Of a DNA stretch of 64,000 nucleotides, positions 40,716 to 54,100 are shown in pieces. The stretch's first letter is position 1; each line of letters begins with the position of its first letter. This stretch comes from Botryllus schlosseri (taxonomy: Eukaryota), in contig CM119372.1 in assembly GCA_051294905.1 (NCBI GenBank), positions 27,716,001 through 27,780,000 on the forward strand, in the 5' to 3' direction. The notes under the pieces were generated by a model, which searched no databases, was not told where the DNA came from, and worked only from the letters and a program-made list of their open reading frames with translations. The translations under genes were made by a program, and so were the position numbers.

Positions 40716-42008
40716 CAGGGCTTTGGAGCAGCCGTAAATTTAAACTGCTCCGGCTCCGGCTCCGGAGCTCTCTTCTATCATACATTACCTCCGGCTCCAG
40801 CTCCGGAACAGCATTATTACCACTGCTCCAGCTCCAGCTCCGGCTCCGGCTCTGAAATTATCGAATGGGCCTGTCTATATCAGGGGTGGCCAACCCGTGG
40901 GCCAAATATGGCCAGCGAGAGGGTTTTGCGTGACCCGCGAGCTAATTTCATATTATATTATCGAAAATGAATTGCTCAGTTTGTGAACTTGCAATGCCAA
41001 CCAAAAATTACAATTCTGGCTGCGACACTTGGGATGTTGATGACTAAAATATCAGTTCCGACGCATTGGCAGATCCAGGGTCGAGTCACATTTTCAGTAA
41101 ATCGTCGTACATTACAATAAACTAAAATAGTAGCGAAATTTTTCTTCACGCTTCGCGTGTTTAATTGTCACACGATTTCTTGCTTGGTAGCCTACCCCCT
41201 ACTGAAAGTGAAAATAACGCATCAATACCCGATTGAGTCTAACTGTATTCGCAATTACGGGAGAAAGTCTTTTCGCGTTTGCGCTCGCATAAAGATCGTC
41301 GACGGTGAAATGTAGGCAAAAATTATTGTCGCATATTATCGGAGACCTTCGATATCGATGTGGCCAGACGCCGAATAGTCGTGTCCTTGCAAACTGAGCC
41401 TATCGGGCGGTATACAATAGACCCGCCATACTCATACAAGTCATAATATTATTGACCTGGTTTATTTATAAACTTTTTACCCGCTTGGCGTGACTAGTGG
41501 ACCGTGCACTCGTTCGTCAATTGCATGTGCCCCTTAAGCCGAAAAGCTTGGCCATTCCTGGTCTATATAGATTACTAATCTACCCATAGGTTAGTTATCT
41601 ATAGTGATCTATAGTCTGTCAGCCGTCAGTAACATCCGATGTAGCAACGAAGACATATGGGTACTGCCGTGCTGGCTTGTGACGTCATACTGAATACTTG
41701 TCAATCGTCGACAACATCATACAGTAGTTGCACTAGAACGCACTTTACTCTATGCCATTGCTGTGCACAGCATTAAAATTCAGGCCTGCTGTTCAATTAT
41801 GATAAATCAGCAGATGTGGTTGTTGCATATATAATAGCATCTTATGAAATAGGTCGGAGCCGGAGCTACTCCTCAAATAACGGGCTCCAGCTCCGGCTGT
41901 GGCTCCGGCTGAATTTTATTTGGAGCTCCGGCTCCGGCTCCAGCTCCGGTGAAAATGCACGGCTCCGGGGCTCCGGCTCCGCGCTCCGGCTCCGGCTCCA
42001 AAGCCCTG
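40716..42008 (+). mobile_element. Compact CAGGGCTTTGGAGC element
   Basis: TIRs, (GCTCCG)n subterminal repeats, flanks CCGTTTT/CTGTTTT. Confidence 0.9.
40881..41560 (+). mobile_element. Nested Charlie/Buster-type MITE
   Basis: Perfect TSD GTCTATAT, paralog of 29490-30180. Confidence 0.9.
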
Positions 42009-44147
42009 CTGTTTTACCAAATTTAATGCTCGGCAAGCCGGTCAAAAATGACCGTCAAATTGCCTGTAGCCAAATGGAAATTGTGACGTGATACAATTTC
42101 ACTGAGGCGTGAGATTTTCCAGTGTCGACACCATATAGGACACTATGGTTTCAGGCTTATGGAGTAGTTTTGGAGTGAATTTCCGGTTCTCAAATAAAAA
42201 AATATATTTGGCGGTTGAATATTGACGAATACTTTGAACTTCAAAATGCCATCGCGGGCCGCACAAAACGGTCTCGCTGGCCGCGTGTTTGAGACCTCTG
42301 TTCTAAACAATCGCAACGGCGCAGCACAATGACCATACCAACGGTACTTGCGTGGTTACGATTGTTTAGAGCAATGCCGATTTTCGTGCTTTGAAGGCTA
42401 TTTCGGGTTGGTTGCATTGCCTTGACGAGAGTTTAATGTATATTATCAGAATCAGCGCGACTGTAGCTTTCAAATAAGATCAACTTTATTCAATTTGAGC
42501 ACTCGGATCGTCATCTATGGGATTAGCAATTTCGTTGCCGTTTCGTGCTATGAAGCGACAACAAATCTGCGGACCGTGAATCACGTGTTGCGCATCTATC
42601 CGTAGGTTAGTTATCTATAGTTTGTCGTTGCTATAGCTCAGTGGTCGGGAACCTTTTTTGTCCGAAGAGCCATATTGACCCTATTTTTTCCATCTCAACT
42701 CCGAAAGAGCCATACCTTTAAATCAACTGTTACGTCACAATAGGAAATTCATGACGTCATGGTAGCACTAACTCGAACTCACTACATGGGATTCCTCGTG
42801 TGCGCCACATTTTTTTCTGTAAAAACTGGCATTCATTGTTCGAAAATAAAGCTCGAAACGAGAGGTAAGACGCAGATGGGCCAGGCCTCACCAATGATAA
42901 CGCAATTCATCGTAAGTAGCTTAGAATTTATTAAAACTAATATTAATGTGACTGTCACACTTATCCGAAAATCTAAATACTTAATGACTTCTCAATTCTC
43001 AAAGTATATTCGGCGGTAACATATCGTTGCGCTACACGCATATATTTTATCCCCGGTACTACACAGAACAGGAAGAACGTGGAACGTGGCTTTGTCTGTA
43101 ATTTGAGTTTGTAATTGTGAATGTCACATCCACAACAGTTCATTTCACGCCGTAGATCAGGAAGACAGTGTGAATTTGAAAAATTCGTTTTGAAATGAGC
43201 GTCGCCATGTCTGCCATGCAAACATGGGGTGATTACTTTATGAATGTAATCGATTGCGATGACGATTACTTCGGTATCACGCGATTACGATTACGATTAC
43301 GATTACAGCAAAATCTGGAGGTAGTCGATTACGATTACGATTACATTTGAAAAGTAATCACGATTACTCACGATTACATTTACTTTTTCTATTTATTTTT
43401 GAAGACATATTGGACGACAATATTACTGGCGATGAAAAGGCCTCATGAGAGAACAACTTCGTTCTTAAATGTGACATCATTCGCTTGTTACGTCACGATA
43501 TACCATTACATAACTTTATAGATGACGATTTCTCAGACCCAACGATTTGCACTCTGAAAAGGGCCATAACTGCCGCACACCAAACCCCCTTATTCGGTAG
43601 GGGGCGAGCTCAAAAAGGGCCAAATTATTTCGTAAATTAAAATAAGTTATAGAGTGTTTTTGAATGATTAATTTAACTTGAAAATTTTCCTCACCCTTCG
43701 CGATTTCATGTCGCTAGATATATTGATTTTAATGTGCATACCCCTCCCCATCAAGAAAATAATATGCATAATTTGTAGAAATCGACATTTCGGTACCGAC
43801 CACTACCGCGCCACGACACCAAGACATACACAGACGTATGACGAACATGTGCTACCAAAGAAAGATCTTGGCCGAAACGTCCATGTATATGTGTCCACTG
43901 TCCAGTGTCGACTGTCCATTGTCCATAGCTGCGCTGAATGGGCGTGACGAATAGTCCTATCCTAACATAAGCCCCGTAGTACAATGCCACCCGGTGTACC
44001 CATAGAGGAAAATGATACATCCCGTGAATAAAAGACAATTTGTGCATGCGTCTCACGAAATGTTTTTCGTTCAGTTTAGTCTGCAACGTTTGTTCGACTC
44101 CAATATCTTTTGACTTGGCGGTAGATCGCCAGTTAACAACATGCGAC

Positions 44148-44723
44148 TAGGGTTACATTTAAAACAAACGGTGTTTTAAAACAGTTTGTTTAAAACATGT
44201 TTTAAACAATATTTTAAACAAATGCCTTTTAAAAAAAACTGTTTTTTTAAACGTTGTCTAATTATACCGTAAGTGTGTAAATCGGCCTACGTCGGAAAGA
44301 CTATGTAGTATGAGCCCACGGACGATTTGCACCCATAATAGTCTATGTATACGATGTGGGATGGCTGGAACCCTCAAAATCGTCGTCGGTGCAACAGTTT
44401 TAGCATGTAGATATTGATCATTGGTACGGAATGGGTGTTATGATGATGATGACCGCCGATCGTAAAAATGCAGCATAACGGTGAAGACCTGGTTAAATAT
44501 ATTTTTAGTTTGTTTATGACAGTGGTCAGAAGCCGTTTTTGTCGAAAGAGCCATGTTCATCCTATATTTTCAATTGCCAACGTCAATCCACCGCGACGTC
44601 ACAATTAAATATTAGTAACGTCATGGCAAAAACAAAAACAAAAAAACAATAAAAACATGTTTAAAACATGGGTCTTGTTTTAAACGTTTGTTTAAATTGA
44701 TTTTTGTTTTAAATGCAACCGTA
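44148..44723. mobile_element. hAT-type MITE (TAGGGTTACATTT family)
   Basis: TIRs, TSD CATGCGAC/CATGCAAC. Confidence 0.85.
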
Positions 44724-45502
44724 CATGCAACAAAGTAATAATATCAACGGGCCCGTCCGAAGATGTCATAATTGTTGATTACACACCGAATGCATATTGA
44801 CTCAATCGTGTCTTTCAGTTGTTGTGACAAGGTCGATCGTAAAAGAGAGGTATGGGGGGGGGATCGCCCCCAGACATTTGATTGATCATCCCCAGACGTT
44901 TGATCGATCACCCTACGGGGGCTGCTGTTTCGGTCCTGATTCTAGCTACCACGCACGCTAATATGGTGTATAAGCGAATTACTATGACGGCAGATTCAAA
45001 TGTTGAGTAAAGACAGGGCATACGATAACTTATCGTAACCCCGCTAAAGAATTGCGAAATACCGATTGGTGCCTGTTTCAAGTAGGGGCATATTAGAATA
45101 AATAAGATAAAGTGAACATAAAATTCGGCAATATTGCATAATATTTCTCGCAGTTGAACGATGAATTGCCTACAATCCATTTAACACATATATTGCGAAC
45201 TGCCTTTTTACTCGCAACAGCAAAGAACAACTCGGTCATGATTTATATCAGCAGTCGTTGATTTGTAACGATTTGATGTAGAAATCGTAATATTTGAAGA
45301 GTACAAAATTTCATATCTTTGTCGAGTGAACGCAGTCATAGGCCTATACTCAACGGTAAAACTGCATAATCAAACATAGAAACGTTACTTTTTAAAACTA
45401 GGCAGAGTGGCGGTTATTATTATGCTGTTAGATGGTGATGTCTGGAGTTTATTATTAACCTGATATACGGCATGCCGACGATTCTTAGAATCACATGACT
45501 AC

Positions 45503-48500
45503 CAGTGGCGGCTCGTGACAATATCGGGTGGTGGCGCAAGGGCCGCAAGCGACTTGTTATCAATATGACGTCACAGTAGCGTTTTTCAACGTTCATGATG
45601 GTCACATGAATTTCCCGTAAATAATGATTTTTAACGTAGGTGCCGCGAGAGGTTTGCCGGTGGCGTGACTTGAAGTGCGGTAACAAATGTTTTATTCATT
45701 GTTTTTTATTCAAATGATTATTTTACAAAATGTACGCGAACTAAGAATCGTTCCCATGCCACGAATCAATCATCAGGGTATCCTTAGTTGCATGCGTTAT
45801 GATTTCGTGGTAGAGATTACGCAAGCGCCGAGTAAGACTATACCAAAAAATACACAGACCAACTACCTACAAAGAGCATTCGCATGACACCTTGTGGTGT
45901 TTTAATCGTTCCATGCTCAGCAATTCTGTAAAGTGCTGCAGCGCCACCGACCCGATTTGTATATGGTAGGATTCTCGTCCCGAAAGCGAGTCAAATCGAT
46001 TTGCCCTCGTTTTTCTAAGCCCGTCCGAAAGTGTTTGGTACACGATCCTGATGCGTTACGACCAGGGGATAGGCAATCAAAGCGGTGGCACCCATAAACG
46101 TAAAACATTATAAAAAGCCAGCTGTTATCCATGGAAGATTAATTACGAGTCTGCCTGCCATCATTCAAGCAGGAATCCAAGCATTGTGTTAAATTGAAAT
46201 GCGAGCACATATCGCATTAAACAATTTCATGAATAAATTATTTCATCTTGATGAATTTTTTACTTTTTTTCCATAGCCATAAAAAAATATATCGGTAAAT
46301 TAACTGTCAGTGTGCCTCGAGTAATAAGGATGAAAACCGCTCACTTTTCCTTAGCCATAGACATGGTTGAGTTAGCTGGGCTCACTTGATTGAAATTATT
46401 CGGAAAGAACATGATGTGTACAGTCGTCCGCCCACCAGCATTAATTTATGTCTTGTATAAGTATTGTGCGCGACGTGATTTCTTATTAGCAAAATGTTCA
46501 ATAACGAGTTTATTGAAATCTGGAATTCCCAGAACCACGTCGTTGTGAATCGAGAGAACAGCCAACGCATTAAGCCTATCTTGGCCCATCCTGTTTCTGA
46601 GAAAGGTCTTGATACGTTTCAATGTGCTGAAACTGCGCTCGGATTCCGCGGATGAAATCGGGGTGGTCAAAATGATATTCAGAAAGCTAGTTACTGTAGC
46701 AAAGTTGATCGAAAGCGAATTTTCAACTAGGAATTTTGAAAGTTCACTAGTGGTTTTAACTTCCGAAAAGGATGTATTAGAATACAAACAAGTCAACTCG
46801 CTCTCCAACCGAGCAATGTCGATCATCGGGTAATAAAGAGGCACGCTGCGCAGTGGTCCAGAAGGAAAATGAATTTTGTAGGCAGGGAAATTTCTCGGAT
46901 TTAACAGGGCGAAAGTAACCAACTGGTCACTATTCAGACGATGTTGGATTTGGGACATCAGTATATCGCAACATTCGTAAGCCGCAACAAGCAGGTTTTG
47001 CACACTTATCCCACGACGTAAAAGTGCTGTGTCACCAGCGAAGTGTACTCTCCCGAATATGCAAAATTGCCTCACAAAAGTGTGCAATACACATTTGCGC
47101 AGTAGTACCATCGGCCATACGCGACTGAAAAGTGCTGTACAGTGTATCGACGTGCATGAAGATGTCACAAAAAAGCTTCAAAAAGAACAAAAATTCTTCG
47201 TCTTCCAGGAGTCGTTTAAGCCCCGCCGCTTCACGTATGGAAGTATCATCCCAGACAGGAGAGCTCTCAATCACTGAGAAGCATTCCAGAAGCTCCACCC
47301 TACTATCTGACACTCGTTGCACAACTCTGGATTGGAAGTTCCACCGTGTTGATACGCATCTAGGTAACCGGTGCTTGCATATGTCGCGCAATAAATCAGA
47401 TCGCTTTGGCGAAACAGAGAAAAAGGAGGAGAACCCAGAAAGATTTGCAAAGAATATCTTGACAGAAGATATTCCTAAGCACATTTTTTTCACTACAAGA
47501 TTGAGCTGATGCGCGTAGCAATGCAAAAAATGCGCATGCGGGTAAACTTCTTTCATTAAAACTTGTACGCTATGTCGCGATCCGCTCATGACTGCTGCGC
47601 CGTCGTAGGTTTGCGCAATAAGTTTCGACTCAACTGAATAGGGCTGTAATGTTTTTTTTAATACGTAAGAAATTCCGACAGCAGTGCGATCGTCAACAGC
47701 CACAAAGCTGTGGAATCGTTCGACTGGCATACCAAATTTCGTGAACCGAAAAATCACGACTAGTTGTGACAAACACGTAATGTCAGTTGTTTCGTCAAAC
47801 TGAATAGATAGAAATTCAGCGTCAACAATCTCGGTAAACAAATGCTGTAGATAGATGTGATATATCGAATCAAGCACGTCATTTTGAATAGTCTTTGAGG
47901 TACCCTTAGCTACTGTCGCGGTGTCGAGATGTTCGCGCAAAATGCTATCCATGGAAGCCGTGTATTTAATTAGATCCAAAAATACCCCCCTATTGAGAGA
48001 GCATTCCTTCTCATCGTGGCCTCGAAGGGGCAATTCATGAACTCCAATAAATTTAATGGCATCAATCACCCGAGAGAGAACATGCCTATTCTTATCTACA
48101 AGCTCATCGTTCTTGCAGACTGATACGCGATAACTTTCATTGAGCTGCGACATTACATTTACTCTGCCAAGCAATTTATATTTAACTGCACTAGCCATGT
48201 GCACTTGGGATTTTTGGTGCGCTTTCACACGCTCTGACAAATGCTTCAGATCGCGATAACCAATTTTGTTCCAACAAGAGCCACTGCTTCCGGTACCGGC
48301 ACTGTCGAATAAAAGACAGTAAAAGCAAAACAAGGCGTTTTTATCCTCGCTATAAGTAAGCCATTCATTTTTATCGAAATGCGCTGAAGAAAAGGCACGA
48401 GTGCGTTTTCCTCCGGCGTACGATTGGACCAATGGGCAATTTCTAGGCTGATACGGACCTAGTCGCTTTACCTCTAATTTTTGCTCTAAAGGCAGCTGGC

Positions 48501-50081
48501 TAAACGGCGTACGGAGCAAAGATTCAACAGGATTCATGTTCGCACTTGACCTGACTACTTATCTGCAGAAATGGAAATGACTATAAATCGAGAGATTGCG
48601 TATACCTTACTGGAAAGGTCAACGAGTTCGGACACATACGCAATTGTTATCTCATAGATTGGACAAGGAAATGTCATATTGAATCCAAAACATCATTCTG
48701 AAGAACTACGGATAGCATCCTCGGAAATTCGGTCCCGGTACAGCTTGGGAGATTTTGACCTTGAGGCTGGAGATTGTCACACGACACATACGGCTTACGG
48801 TCTATAGTGTCTACTGTCTATATGTCTGCTGCAAAATCGCCTTCGGAAAATATATTACCGAATAAATACGTGGATGAAAGCCGAAAACTTGGTACACTGT
48901 TACATGAAATCATCGAGAAGTAGCCTCATGACCGTTTTCGGTATGGTACACTGTCAAAATTAATACGAATTGATCAACGCCGAATTTTGCGTAAAATTTA
49001 CTGAGGAATAGGCTGATCAAGCGATAAGCTGTTAGCCGCCATCGAAAACGAAACAGCTATCGCGCTTGACAGGGGTTGTAATTGTGAGCAAATGGCTCGA
49101 AGGCCACCATTCCACGGTGAAATTGACATTGGAGAATATAAAATAAAACTAAATATTTGAATGCAAACCGAGGATGTTAGTAAACTGTTTCATGATATCA
49201 TCATCTCATCACCTATCTCAGTATGGAACACAGATACACCGGCTTTTGCGTGAAATCCGCAATGCGTTACGTAGGCTAAGTGTCAGATCAGCGCACATCT
49301 CTACCATACTCGAACTTGATAACGAAATTGCTGCCCTAATCATTGAGTGCCAACCTTGAGACTTGGCACAGCGTTCGATACTAAAATCAAGACATACCAT
49401 GTAAAAGCTCATGACGGATCTAGCTAAGGAGCATCGTTAAAATTAATGGAGACCAATACCGGCTTTGCGTGAAATATGTTTGCGATACATGACGGATCAG
49501 CACACACTCGACTTTGGAAACGGAATTACTACCCTAAACTTTGAGTAGAAACCCTGAAACTTAGGACAGTGTTAAATACCACCATCACGACATGACATAC
49601 CAAGTTTCAAGAATTATCATGGTGTGAAACACCATCAAAATCGACCTATACCAGCAAAGGTCGACTCAACGCATATCACGGTATCCGAGTTCAGATATAG
49701 ATACGATTGTTACATCACACCTTAGGGGCGACAGGCATATATGCCCCGGTTGCTCGGCCATTTTACGAATAGGAGAGAGTATATCACCGTTTCTTAATTG
49801 TGCGCGGCTTTGAGAGAATAGATAGTGAAAGCTTGTTATGAGCGCTACCGGGGCAAGCCCCGGCTAGGCATTCACAAAGCGAAAACACAGAAGAGAATTC
49901 GATTTTCGCAGAGACTTCGCTATGTATGGGCATTTGCAAGCGAAAGCACCAGAAGAACGCGGGTTTCGCTGTGATCTCGGTATATATTGAGCGCTGTGCG
50001 TCTATAAATGGTTAAATTGTTATTGAACAGAATTTTAGGTGGGGCAATGCCCCAGTTGCCCAATAGGACGAGCCGCCACTG
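45503..50081 (-). mobile_element. Near-complete autonomous-type hAT transposon
   Basis: Perfect 14-bp TIR CAGTGGCGGCTCGT, perfect 8-bp TSD ATGACTAC, internal transposase. Confidence 0.97.
46446..48537 (-). pseudogene. hAT transposase (ZMYM1-like: TTF zinc finger, DUF4371-type core, hATC dimerisation domain) with one frameshift near 47030-47060
   Basis: ORF 47032-48537 has WLTYSEDKNALFCFYCLLF, LPLRGHDE, DETTD, QTYDGAAVMSG, HCYAHQLNL and TRWN. Overlapping ORF 46446-47168 has SAESERSFSTLKRIKTFLRNRMGQDRLNALAVLSIH. Confidence 0.93.
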
Positions 50082-50509
50082 ATGACTACATACATATACA
50101 TCGAACATTGATTTGCTATGTGTGGATAATTCGTTACGTAATCATCGACGAGCAAAGCTAATGCTTGTGACGTGATAATGAGCAGCGGCACTTGAGAAGC
50201 CGACATCTCCTACCAATAACATGGTATAATATCGCACTCTTCCTTGTTCACTGTTCAGTTTCAGTCAATAGTCATTCTACAAATAAAAAGTAATCGTTCT
50301 TTCACCAAGAAATCGATTAGTTATGTGAAATAATCGATTACGATTACGATTACTTCGGATTTTTTTCGAATGTCATCGATTGCGATTACGATTACTTGGA
50401 AATGCTGTAATCGTCGTAATCGATTACTAATCACGATTACCCCATGTCTGCTGCCATGTTCTTTGATTCAACGTATCGCACAATTCAAGATTTCGATTCA
50501 GATACATAG

Positions 50510-50695
50510 CCAGGAGGTTTGAGGCACCAGTCATTTCAATGGCGTGGGTTCGAGCCCATCGCTGCCGTCACACCAGGATACAGAGCCTGTACTCCCTGCT
50601 GCACCACGAAACGATGTCGACACACGATAAACGTTTAGTACTGAAGAGACATCCTAACAGCACGAGCAGTCGTTATATAAGGCAACTAAATAAAC
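50510..50695 (+). mobile_element. tRNA-Leu-derived SINE fragment or tRNA pseudogene
   Basis: GGCACCAGTCATTTCAATGGCGTGGGTTCGAGCCCATCGCTGCC resembles the 3' half of tRNA-Leu (long variable arm, T arm). The 5' half is missing and the downstream boundary is approximate. Confidence 0.6.
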
Positions 50696-51149
50696 GGCGC
50701 AATCAGAGACCTATTCAATAGCCTGCCAATTACTAGGAGCCTAGGTTCGGCTCCAATATAACACAAACAATACTGGCGCATAGAATTCGTGAGTGATATT
50801 GGTCGCCGGCGAGAAAGTAACTTAAATTTGATTATTTTGAAGAGAGGGGGTCCGAGCCCCTAAACCTGAAGAAGACATTGTCTTTACTTCTCAAATACAT
50901 GTTAATACTTAATACTGCCACGAGAATAATTATTTAGGCCTTGATGAAAATTTACCAACAAGTCGCTGCAATATTGATCAATTTTGTGCAAAAATAAATA
51001 TTTGGCAAAGAGCCATATCTTATACCCAAAAGAGTCATATATGGCTCGCGAGCCATAGGTTCCCGACCACTGCTATAGCTGATCGCTGCTTCAATGTTAC
51101 GTAATACGTCCATAATTTGTCTGAACTCTATCGCGCATTTTTGTGTGGT

Positions 51150-54100
51150 GGAGATAAAATCACATAGTCTTTTCGAATTCTATTTGCCAGTATTTTTGTT
51201 TGTAGTTTGTAGTCAGAGTGGGCTAGGGATATTGGCCGCCAGTTTTTAAGGTCTTCAGCATCCACCTTCTTGAAAATCATAGTAACTTTCGACTCGTTCC
51301 ATGATGTTGCGGTGCTTCTAAAGAGAAGAGCGTTGTTGTATACTTGGAGAAGGTTGTGCTTGAGCATTTGGATGAAGGTCTTATAGAATTCGATCGAGAT
51401 TCCGTCCGGGCCAGGTGATCGGTTATTTTCCTGTGTTTTTAAGGCGGTTTGTAGTTCTAATCCAGTTATTGGGGTGTCTTGAAGTATGTTGTTTTCAAAT
51501 GTTACGCTTTTTGTCGTGTGTTCAATTAAATTCCGTTGTAAGTCTTGATCTCCGGTTTGTTCATCACTTCAAAGGTTTTTATAAAAGTCGTGTATTATGT
51601 TTATGATTTCTTCCCTGTCTTCCGTTATATCTCCGGATCTACCTTTCAAGCGTGTGATCGTTTTCCTTGGCTTCTTTGCTTTCAGTTGTTCGTAGAACTG
51701 ATGGGTAGGTTTTTCTACCTTCTCAAGTTGCTCTCTATATTGGAATTTCATGGTTGCATCGAGCCGTTTTTTCTCTATTTCCTTGAGCTCTTGAATAGTT
51801 TTGTATCTTTATTCAGGAGTTATAAAAGGTGCTTGTAGTTTGCTGTCAAGAATTTTTTGTAATTGGTTTCGCTTTCGTTTTTTTTCGATACCATAGGAAA
51901 TAGATTGTTTTTTTTATTTCATTTTATTGTTAAGCTCGTCCCACCACTTGGCAACGGTTGCGTAGTTTGTTTTCTCCATGTCAAATTCGTTGTATGCGTT
52001 TTCTATTAATATTCTGTATTTGCAGTTTTCATGATGAGATACATTGTTTCTCCAAGTTCCTCTTCCCCAGCTCTGCGACGGTTTGGGTTTATTTTGATTT
52101 TCGCATAGGTCTATAGGTTGGGGTTTGATATGCAATTAATCTTGTATTCCGCCAGCGTCGCCATCGTTGCAAGCAAGGCTTTTCGATACATAGATTCCAT
52201 CTATGCGTCGTGAGTTGAAGTTATTTGTGTTGGAGAAAGTCATTGTGTATGGTCTCTGCCATCTATGGATGTCCAAGACTGAGATTTGTTTTTCACGAAG
52301 CTCTTCCAAATCTTTCCGCTGCCTTCTTCATCCGGAAAAGAGTTTGTTTCTCACTGTCAATTTTGTCGGTGACCACACTGTAAAAAATCTGGTAGATTTA
52401 CTGGGAAATCTCTGTAAATTTTACCACGAATAACCGGTCGCAGCCAATTACTGTGCGTAGCTTGTCATTTTACATTTTGATATGTAATATTACCTTAATA
52501 TAGCTGTAAAGTAAGTTACCAGATTTTCTTCGCAAAATTACTGACAGTTACTCGTTACTGCAGTTTACCGGGCTATTGGCAATATTGATTAGCTTCAAAA
52601 TCGCTGCAGCCAATGTATACGTAGAACTGAATGTTACTGATATATCATTCTAGAGGTGATTTGACCTGATTGAACCTCGTTTGCGAGACTGGGGTCTGTC
52701 ACACCGAAATTGTTGGCCCTAGTATCAATTTAAGCTTAGTAGGGTACAAGAAATAACTGACAATCGTAGCTAATGTGGTACACCGTAGCCATATTATATT
52801 ATAAGGCAATGGCTGTACGGCCAGTCTCGCTGGTTACATTCGTTGTCACGGATAAGGCTGATAAGTTAGAAAATTAGTTCAGGATGTATAGTATAATATT
52901 GCTCGGGGAAACTAGAAATATCAGCACCGCATGCTCAGCTGACCATTTGTTAATGGCGGACAAGGCGACTGTAATAGGTTACATTAGGTGACTGCTTTTT
53001 CTGAGATTCGTAGTAAACAACCAACGCACAACTGTGACATCACAAGCAGCGTCTGGTTAGGTAAGTACAGTAATAGTGAACAACACGTGGAATATATATC
53101 AATTTATGCGAAATTAGATGAAAAAAGGGACTATATGCAATGATAAATGTTTCTGTATGGAAAAAACGACCCAGATCAAACATTGTAACGTGGCCAGTAA
53201 ATATTATTGGTGTCATGTGTCAGCGGATGAATACCATTTATTTCGAAATCGTTCGAGTGTCGTCTGGCCAGTGGCCATTAGTGAGATTTGAGCAAAGGGT
53301 GGAGCGAAGCTTGTTGTGCTTGAAGAAAGTGGACACGATCGTTGAAGATTCCTAGGAATGCTGAATGGAATACGCATCTTAAAAGGTAATACAGTACTAC
53401 ATAGTATTTGTTACCGTGAATATCTGACTCTGCACACCAGCCCTCGATGACTTGGATTTCATGATTGATATATTTCATTCGCCGCATTCTCTGTTCTATT
53501 TTGGGATATTTGTCGACTTATATAGTGACCACATACTCGGCTGCGGAGGAGTTGTAACTGTTGGCTTGGTAATGTCATATTCGGGCCATAGCATAGATAT
53601 GTTTTCATCCACTGCTGGAATTGTTTGCCACATATGCCACCTTAAATTAGGAACCTTTTGCTTCAATACAGAGATAAAGTCATGAATCTCTGCTATGCCA
53701 TGTATAAGGCGGAGCCGTCATCACACAATGTGCCAGTACCGGTACTTCAAAACATGTTATATTTTTGTTAGCCTATTTGTCTTAGTCTTTATAATGTCAT
53801 GTCCACTGTCCAGGTTAGGAACTTTGCTTTATATAGCGACTTACGCATGAATTCTTTTTAGTGGAACTGCAAGATACTACTTACACAGAAGGAATGAGAA
53901 CGAGAAAAAGAAACAATTGGAAGTTTGGCCGGTGGTGGAATTAATTCACGTTTTCTTGAGACCACTCGTGTTACTGCATGTCTCCTAAAGAAGAATTAGA
54001 CCTCCAGCAGCAATATTTTTCCATCGATAACCACTTCATCGTGATATCATGAATGAATATACAGTTTGTTCCAATGTCGTTTTGGGGATGTGAAGAAAAT

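Larger units (their letters stand above)
40342..42147. mobile_element. CATAGTGTC foldback element, P-superfamily-like
   Basis: Long near-perfect inverted arms and perfect 7-bp TSD GTTTCAG. The left arm has a ~90-bp deletion. Confidence 0.85.
39591..42300. mobile_element. Charlie/Buster-type MITE
   Basis: CAAAGGTCTGAAAC / GTTTGAGACCTCTG, GCGGGCC subterminal motifs, TSD TTCTATAC/TTCTAAAC. Confidence 0.8.
39320..42620. mobile_element. Long-TIR element (CTATAGATAACTAACCTACGG), outermost of a 5-level nest
   Basis: ~270-bp inverted arms, 39320-39590 vs ~42360-42620. Confidence 0.85.
43219..50450. mobile_element. hAT-type element with (GATTAC)n subterminal repeats
   Basis: CA(A/G)ACATGGGGT termini, perfect TSD CTGCCATG. 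Confidence 0.9.
42639..51072. mobile_element. Charlie/Buster-type MITE inflated by nested insertions
   Basis: Perfect TIR CAGTGGTCGGGAACCT, GAGCCA subterminal repeats, perfect TSD CTATAGCT. Confidence 0.92.

Noticed and set aside
41816..42091. Ser/Gly- and Pro/Glu-rich ORFs (also 29294, 38638, 40683)
   Set aside because: They arise from (GCTCCG)n subterminal repeats of one MITE family.
43255..43380. Regular short repeats resembling a CRISPR or iteron array
   Set aside because: They are GATTAC hexamers at transposon ends with no unique spacers, in a eukaryotic context.
46609..47509. Plus-strand ORFs of 74-125 aa
   Set aside because: They are antisense shadows of the hAT transposase.
50600..50670. 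Hammerhead-like order GAAAC..GTC...CTGAAGAG
   Set aside because: Stems I and II lack convincing pairing next to the core.
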